A DNA stretch of 63,024 bases, counting the filler. It is 11 parts of 11 records of this genome, joined end to end, with 100 filler letters (N's around TTAATTAATTAA, not from the genome) between each part and the next. Parts side by side here need not be neighbours in the genome. Positions count along the whole stretch, not along the records: positions 56,357 to 63,024 come from SRR7504441_8248; 10 more parts are not named here. One strand, 5' to 3'. The notes under the pieces are model-generated. The model had not been told where the DNA came from and searched no databases. It saw only the letters and a list, made by a program, of their open reading frames with translations. Positions 57,119 through 63,024 of this stretch are shown piece by piece. The first letter of the stretch is position 1, and every line of letters starts with the position of its first letter. Both the position numbers and the translations under genes were made by a program.

Positions 57119-60100
57119 CTAAGTAGCCCGCTCCGGTGTCCTAGGGCTGCTGAAGTCTTGCTTCAAGTTCCTAATCTCATCGATGAGCCGGCCTGCCAAT
57201 ACTGTCGATTTGGCATCGTTTCTAGATTCTTGCACTCTACTCCTCAGCTCTGACTCATCTTGGCGTGCCATCTGTAATTCGTGCTCTAGTCTCCTACACG
57301 ACACGTCTAGGCCTGCCACTTTCTGATTCATCTCACCCAATTGCGCGCTCAGTTTCTGATTTTCGCTGTTGGAGCTGTCAAGCATCTTCTGCATTCTCCT
57401 TACCTCAGCGTTATGATCTAGAGACGAACCAAACTGCTCGTCGCCACGCGCGAGCTTTCTTCTAAGCTCACCCATCTCCCGCTCCATCAGCTCCTTCTCA
57501 GCTTGCCATCTCTGCCTGTCTGCAGCTCGCTGCTGCTGAGCCTGGAGCTGAGTCTCGGCCGCATCTGCCTCAAACTTGGCTTGTAGCCTGGCCTCCGATA
57601 GTTGCGCCTCGAGTTGAAAGCCTTTGATGCTCACATCCTTCTGCTCCTGCGATTTGCTGTGATCGGACATTCGCTGCTGAAACCACGTCTTGGCCTCATT
57701 AGCCTCATTCCGACTAAGGTCTAGCTCCTGAGAAAGCAGCGCCGAGTCCCTCTTGAGCTTGGCCTCGGACAGCTGCAACTCTTGCACCCTTGTGAGTGCA
57801 TCCACTGCCTCTTCATCCTTCTTGAGCATGTGCTCTTGATGCCTTGCCATTGCGTCCTGCAGCCGGCGTAGTTGCTCTTGTTGCTCTTGAATGTGGTGCT
57901 GCTGCTGCTGGACTTGTGACACCAGCTCCGCGTTGCGCGCATTCAGCGAGTTATGCTGAGCGCTATCCTGGGCTCGCTGGGCGTCTTGCAGCTTCCTGGC
58001 ATTGATCTGCTTCTGCAGGTCACTTGCAAGTGAGTCTGATTGATCAACCCGATGCTTGGCTTCACGTAGATCCGCCTCAAGCTGCTCGCAACGACTATTG
58101 ATGTTGATTTCCATATGCTTATGCCGCAATCGCTCCTCCCTCAGCACTGCGTTGAGCTCACTCTCTACTTTCTGTGCATTCCGTAAGCCATCCGCATGCA
58201 CTGTCTCGGACTGCTTCCGCACTTGCTGTGATTCTGAGAGCAGAGTATGATGCTCCCTCATCAAGCTTTCCAACTCGTTGGTTTTCTCTTTCGTGCGATG
58301 CTCGTACTCGTCCTTCTCTCGCCTGAGCTCAGCTTCGGTCTTGGCCAGACGCTCTCGCAGCTTCTTGTTTTCTTCGGATGCGAGCTCCATTGCTTGTCGC
58401 ATGTCCTTGTCCTTGAACTCAGTCCGCTGCGCCTGCTCTATCATCGAGCGACGAATCTCTGCCTCAAACTTATCCGATGAAGACTTGAGCTCTTCGATCT
58501 GCACACGGAGCTCATTCTCAAGACGTACTGCACCCTGTCTGAAGTCATCATACTCTCCCTTCACCCGTTTCAGCTCGCGAGAGAGCTCAGCCTCCTTTAC
58601 CCAGGTCTCATGACGAGCCTCCTCTAATTTTCCTGTGGATTCGCTCTCCTTACGTTGCATGAGCAGTTTCAGAGACTCGTGCTCGCTTGCAAGCGCTTGG
58701 TGTCTTGACTCGAGCGCCCGCAGTTCGCCTGTCAGCGCCTCCACCTCGTCAGAGCGCTGGTCAAGCAGTCTCTTGGTGTGCGACTTCTCGTCGCCAATGG
58801 CAGCTTCAGCGTTTGTCAGCTTGCGCTGAAGCAATTCCTTTGCCTTTTCTGCGTCTGCCCTTGCTTCATTGAGCTGGAAGGATAGCATGTTGGTGTCGTC
58901 CTTATACTTTTGTTGCGCCTCATGGATCGACAAGTTTGCATTGCCTTCAGAACGCTCCAGTGCCCTCTCGAGGCGATCTATCTCCCTCTCTGAGTTCATT
59001 CTAGCATGCTCCAGCTGCATCTGGGTCTCATCCAACTGCTTTTGGGTGTCCTTGAGCTTATTTGCAAGATCGTGAGTGTCGAGCCACTTGGCCTGACGAA
59101 CCTCTTCGAGAGCATGTTTCAGCTCTCGTTCTATTTGCTCCGCATGCGTCTTCCGTCCTTGCAGCTCCTCTTCCAGCTGCCGAAGGTGCCCCTGAAGCTC
59201 TGATTCGCGTTTCCAGTGCTTATCGCGCAAATCTTCTATCATGCGGGTGCTTTCTTGCTCCATTAGTGGTACACGAGCCTTTTCAACCTCCAGTGAAGCT
59301 TGGAGTGTGGTGGAACTCTTTGAGGCCTGTGCACGCAACTCCTCCAATTGCTGCTGAAGGGCCCTACATTCTGTGGTCGCTCTGTCTGCACGCCTGGACT
59401 CCTCTGCAAGCTTGGTAGATTGCAGTTGCAGCTCCTTTGTCAAGTCTGCTTGGACCTGTGATAAGCCCTCTTGAGTGTCTTTGAGTGTTCTGCTGAAACT
59501 CTCCTCTGCACGCGGAAGTTTGAGCCTCTCCTCAGCCAACTCAGTCTGCAGCACTCTGAGCTGATGCTCCAACTCTTGCTTCTCTTTCCAATGTGTCTGC
59601 CTCATATTTTCCATGGCAGTCTCGTGGTCGTGCTGATTGCGCGCCTTGAAAGTGTCCACACCAGCGAGCAGCTTCTCGTGTGCAGACTCGGCATCCCGCA
59701 TGGAGTCCTCGTTTAGTTGCAGCTTTCTTGTCAGAAGCATTATGCGCTCCTGCAGCTCTGCCTCAGTCTCTGCAGCCTGGGATTCCTTGCTTTGCAGAGC
59801 TTCTGTCAACCAATCCAGCTCCTGCTGTGCCCTGTACTGAAGATCTTCGATCTCCTTTATGTGTCGCTTCTCAGCCATGGCAGTCTTCTCTTCTGCCTCA
59901 AATATGAGGCTTTGCAGCTTCTTTTCTGTATGCTGGAGATGCATCTCTGCTTGCCTGGCCTGGCGCTGCACCTCTTCCTCGGAGTGTGTACTGCGGATCT
60001 TCATTTCGTCCGCACGCCGTACCTGTTGCTGGATTGCATCTTCTGTGTCGCTTTCTAGTGTTCGCAGCGCTTTCTTCAGGTTGTTCACCTCTTCCTCATG

Positions 60101-63024
60101 CAGCGCCGCCACTGCACCTGCACGAGCCTGCTCGTCCTGAATCTGCTTTTCCAGGTCATAATGTGCCTCAGCCAGAGCTCGCTTAGCCTTGTTCAGCTCC
60201 TCCTTTGCTTCGATCTCAATCTCTTCGATTCTTGAACGTAGTTCAGTCTTCACACCTTCAACGGCAGCCAATTTGGCTTGCAACTCGCTCTCCTTCTTCC
60301 AGTTGGTCTGGTGCATCGTCTCGATTTGCCGATGAAGATTGACTTCGATATCTGCTGCCCTGCGCTTCTCAGCCTCGACTGCAGCTGTTGTCGCAGCCCT
60401 TTCGTGTTCGAGTTGCTGCTTGAGGTCTCCAAACTGTCGATGGCTGTCGATCTCCAGCTCTGCTAGATGCAACTCCGCCTTGTCTGCTCTATCAGTCTCA
60501 CTCCTGAGTTTCGACTCTAGTGTTTTCTGCCGACGCCAGTTCTCGCCTTTCAACTTCTTGACCTGCTGGCTGAGTTCATCCTCGATACGAGGAGCCTCCA
60601 GCTTCTCTTCCTCCAGTGCTGCTTGAAGCTCAGCTGTGCTCTTCTCGTATGAGTTGCGAAGGAACTCAATCTGGTTGTCTTTGTCCTGCTCTAGACTTTC
60701 AAGCTGGTGCTCAAGACTGCGTATTTCGCCTTGAAGGCGAAGCTCTGTATGCTGCAGTGCTGTCTGGGACTTCTCCATCTCCCTCTCGATCCTGTATTCG
60801 AGCTGCTTGTTCTGAGCTTCAAGGGCAGTACACAGCGTCTGAATGCGCCTTGCCTCTGATTGTTCATGCGACGCTGCTGCCAGATGCTCTTGCTTTGCCG
60901 TATCCAGTGTGTGTCTTGTTTCATTTTGTAGGCTCGCAATAGCAACCTTGTGCTTTTCTGTGATCTTGAGCAGCTCAGCTTCATTCTCGATCTTTGCGTG
61001 GTCAAGTTCAAGCCTTAGAGTTGACAATTGGGACTCGAGTTCCTTGTTATGGCTCTGAGCTCCCAGCAGTGCCTCGTCCAGACTCGATCTTTGTCGTGTG
61101 TACATCCCGCTTGACTCATCCAAGTCTCGCTGCAGTTCAGATATTGTGCGCTCAAGCCTCATGACCTCGTGCTTATGGACTGTGGACAGGTCGTTCAGCT
61201 CGCGCTTGTGGTTGTGTTGCCATGTCTGCATTTCCAACTGCTTGTCCGCTCCAGCATCGTCTAGTTGCAGCTGCCAGTGTTGTTCTCTAGTTGCATGATC
61301 CGCATTGGCCTTTGCAAGGGCCTTCTCAAAATCCTGCGCCTGTCCACAGCAATTAATATCAGAACAGGCTACAAGCAACTAGGAAAGACACCTGTGCAGT
61401 TGCTGATTCCTTAATTCGGACCAATTCAGCCTCGAGATCGCCCGCCCTGTTCTCTGTCGACCTCAGCTGAGATTCCAGAGGCTGGAGTTGCTTCCAATGG
61501 CTCTGCTTCAACTCTTCCAACTCGTGCCGGAAATCGGACTCCTGCTTGGTGCGTGCCCTGCGCTCACAATCAGAAAGAATGTCGACACTGTACGACACTC
61601 TACGACAGTTGGTCGACACTACGACACTATGACACTCGTCGACGCACTCAGGGGCACACATCGACCGTAAGAATTCCCTACACATGGTGTCCGGGGTCGC
61701 CTATGGTGCGCAAGGTAAGGCACCTGCGTTCTTCTTCAAGGGTGCTCCGAGCCTCAAGCTCAGACATCTCCATCGTTGCGGATAGATTCTTCCATTGCGC
61801 GTCCCTTTCAGTCTCGAGCTCCCATATTCTGACGTCTCGTTCCTCTATCACTGACTGCAGTTGAGCTTGAATCTTGCTGGCCAGTGGGCGGATCTCCTCC
61901 AACTCTCGCCCTCTTTCAGCTTCAATCCTGGCACACTCTCTCCGGGCTTCCTGAAGCGCATGCTTGGCAGCATCCAGGTCCTGTTTCAGCAACTCCTCTG
62001 TGGTGTCCGAGGTGTGCTTCAGTTTAGTGATCTCTACCATCTGTCGCTGGACCTCAGCCTGGAGTAGCGAGCTCTGCTCTGTCAGATCCTCACATTCCTT
62101 GTCCATCTCCTTCACTGAGGCTTGGAATTCCATCATCAGGTCACGCGCTGCTGTTTCGACACGCCGGGGCAGTGCAATCATCTTTGCTTTGTACTCTACC
62201 AGCTGTCTCTTACCATTGGCCAAAGCGTCATCCCTCTCGCGCTGGGTTGCGAGGAGTTCGTACTGCATTTGCTTCTTGCGTGCCCATTCCTGCTCATTGA
62301 GCTCCGCTATCAGCTCGGCCTTCTCTTGAGCAGCGGCTGCAGCTTGGACCTTCACTTGATCCAATTGGGTGTGCAGCTCACTCACTGTTCGTGCGTGCTC
62401 TTCCTCAAGTGCTCGGACAGCTCGAGCCTTATCCATCTCCAGCCTGCTCATTCGCTCATTCTCTTCGGCTAAGTTAGCCTGCAGCTTGGTCTTCTCCTCC
62501 CATGAAGCTTGATTCTGCACCTCCAATTCTGCGGTGTGGGCGCTCTCCAAGTCTACCATAGCCTTCCGAAGGCCGCTCAGTTCGCCAGAAGACTGGTTGT
62601 GCTGTCGAGATAGCTCTTCGCGAGCAGTGATGAGCTCCTGCCGGAGTTGATCTTGCTCCCGTTCCATCTCCTGCTTCTGTGCCTGCAGTGCCGCCTCTGT
62701 ATGGGTCTCAGCCTGTTTCGCAGCCAGCCTTTGATCATCCACGGCAGCCTGATGCTGCGACTGCTGCAGGTTCATTGAGATTTCCAGTTCCTCGACTTGT
62801 AGCTCAAGGGCCCGAATGTCGTCACGGAGCTCAGTTTCAATCTGCCACTTTTGCTGCTGAGCTCCTTGCAGCTCCTTCAGCTTTTCGCTTTCCATCTGCA
62901 CCGACAAGATTCGCTTCTCATCCACTTCTGTCTGGTACTTCCTCATTGCCTCCTGCCAAAGCAACAATTGCTCAGACCATGCTAACACAATCAAATTCAC
63001 TACCAACCACTACCACTACCCCAA
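57119..63024 (-). CDS. Giant coiled-coil protein (>1900 aa visible, 5' truncated)
   Basis: E/Q/K/R/L-rich ORFs 61678-63006 and 57119-61378, joined by intron 61558-61723 and a short intron near 61350-61390. Confidence 0.85.
61580..61650. repeat. Degenerate tandem repeat (GACACT core) inside an expanded intron
   Basis: gtcgacactg tacgacactc tacgacag...gtcgacact acgacactat gacactc. Confidence 0.7.

Overview
This is eukaryotic (protist-like), GC-rich, gene-dense genomic DNA, not prokaryotic. It consists of 11 unrelated contig fragments joined by ten artificial 100-nt spacers (N44-TTAATTAATTAA-N44), so adjacency means something only within a fragment. Most genes are split by very short spliceosomal introns (typically 37-45 nt, GT-AG, occasionally GC-AG), which is why the ORF track looks fragmented. 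Genes recognised by manual splicing and motifs: beta-lactamase-family hydrolase, two membrane-anchored ankyrin-JmjC (HxH type) proteins, histidine phosphatase, USP-like peptidase with a CaaX end, EF-hand protein, GH29 fucosidase, NFKBIL1-like protein, TLC protein, eIF3L, GH31, a helical-repeat protein, an ADF-H/EF-hand protein, an LRR-UIM-UBA-CHUP1-like fusion, an IP3-receptor-like channel (truncated), SNF2/PHD remodeller, STI1/HOP, a mitochondria-targeted fused carbamoyl-phosphate synthetase, a citrate-carrier-like SLC25 and a giant coiled-coil protein. The best leads are: (1) a CHUP1/IPGA1-like domain, known mainly from plants, fused to LRRs and ubiquitin-binding modules and transcribed divergently from an ADF-H gene; (2) two H/ACA-like RNAs occupying the only two long introns of the CPS gene; (3) a tightly length-constrained intron system with weak splice signals. 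All assignments are by eye and from remembered family motifs; no database searches were run.
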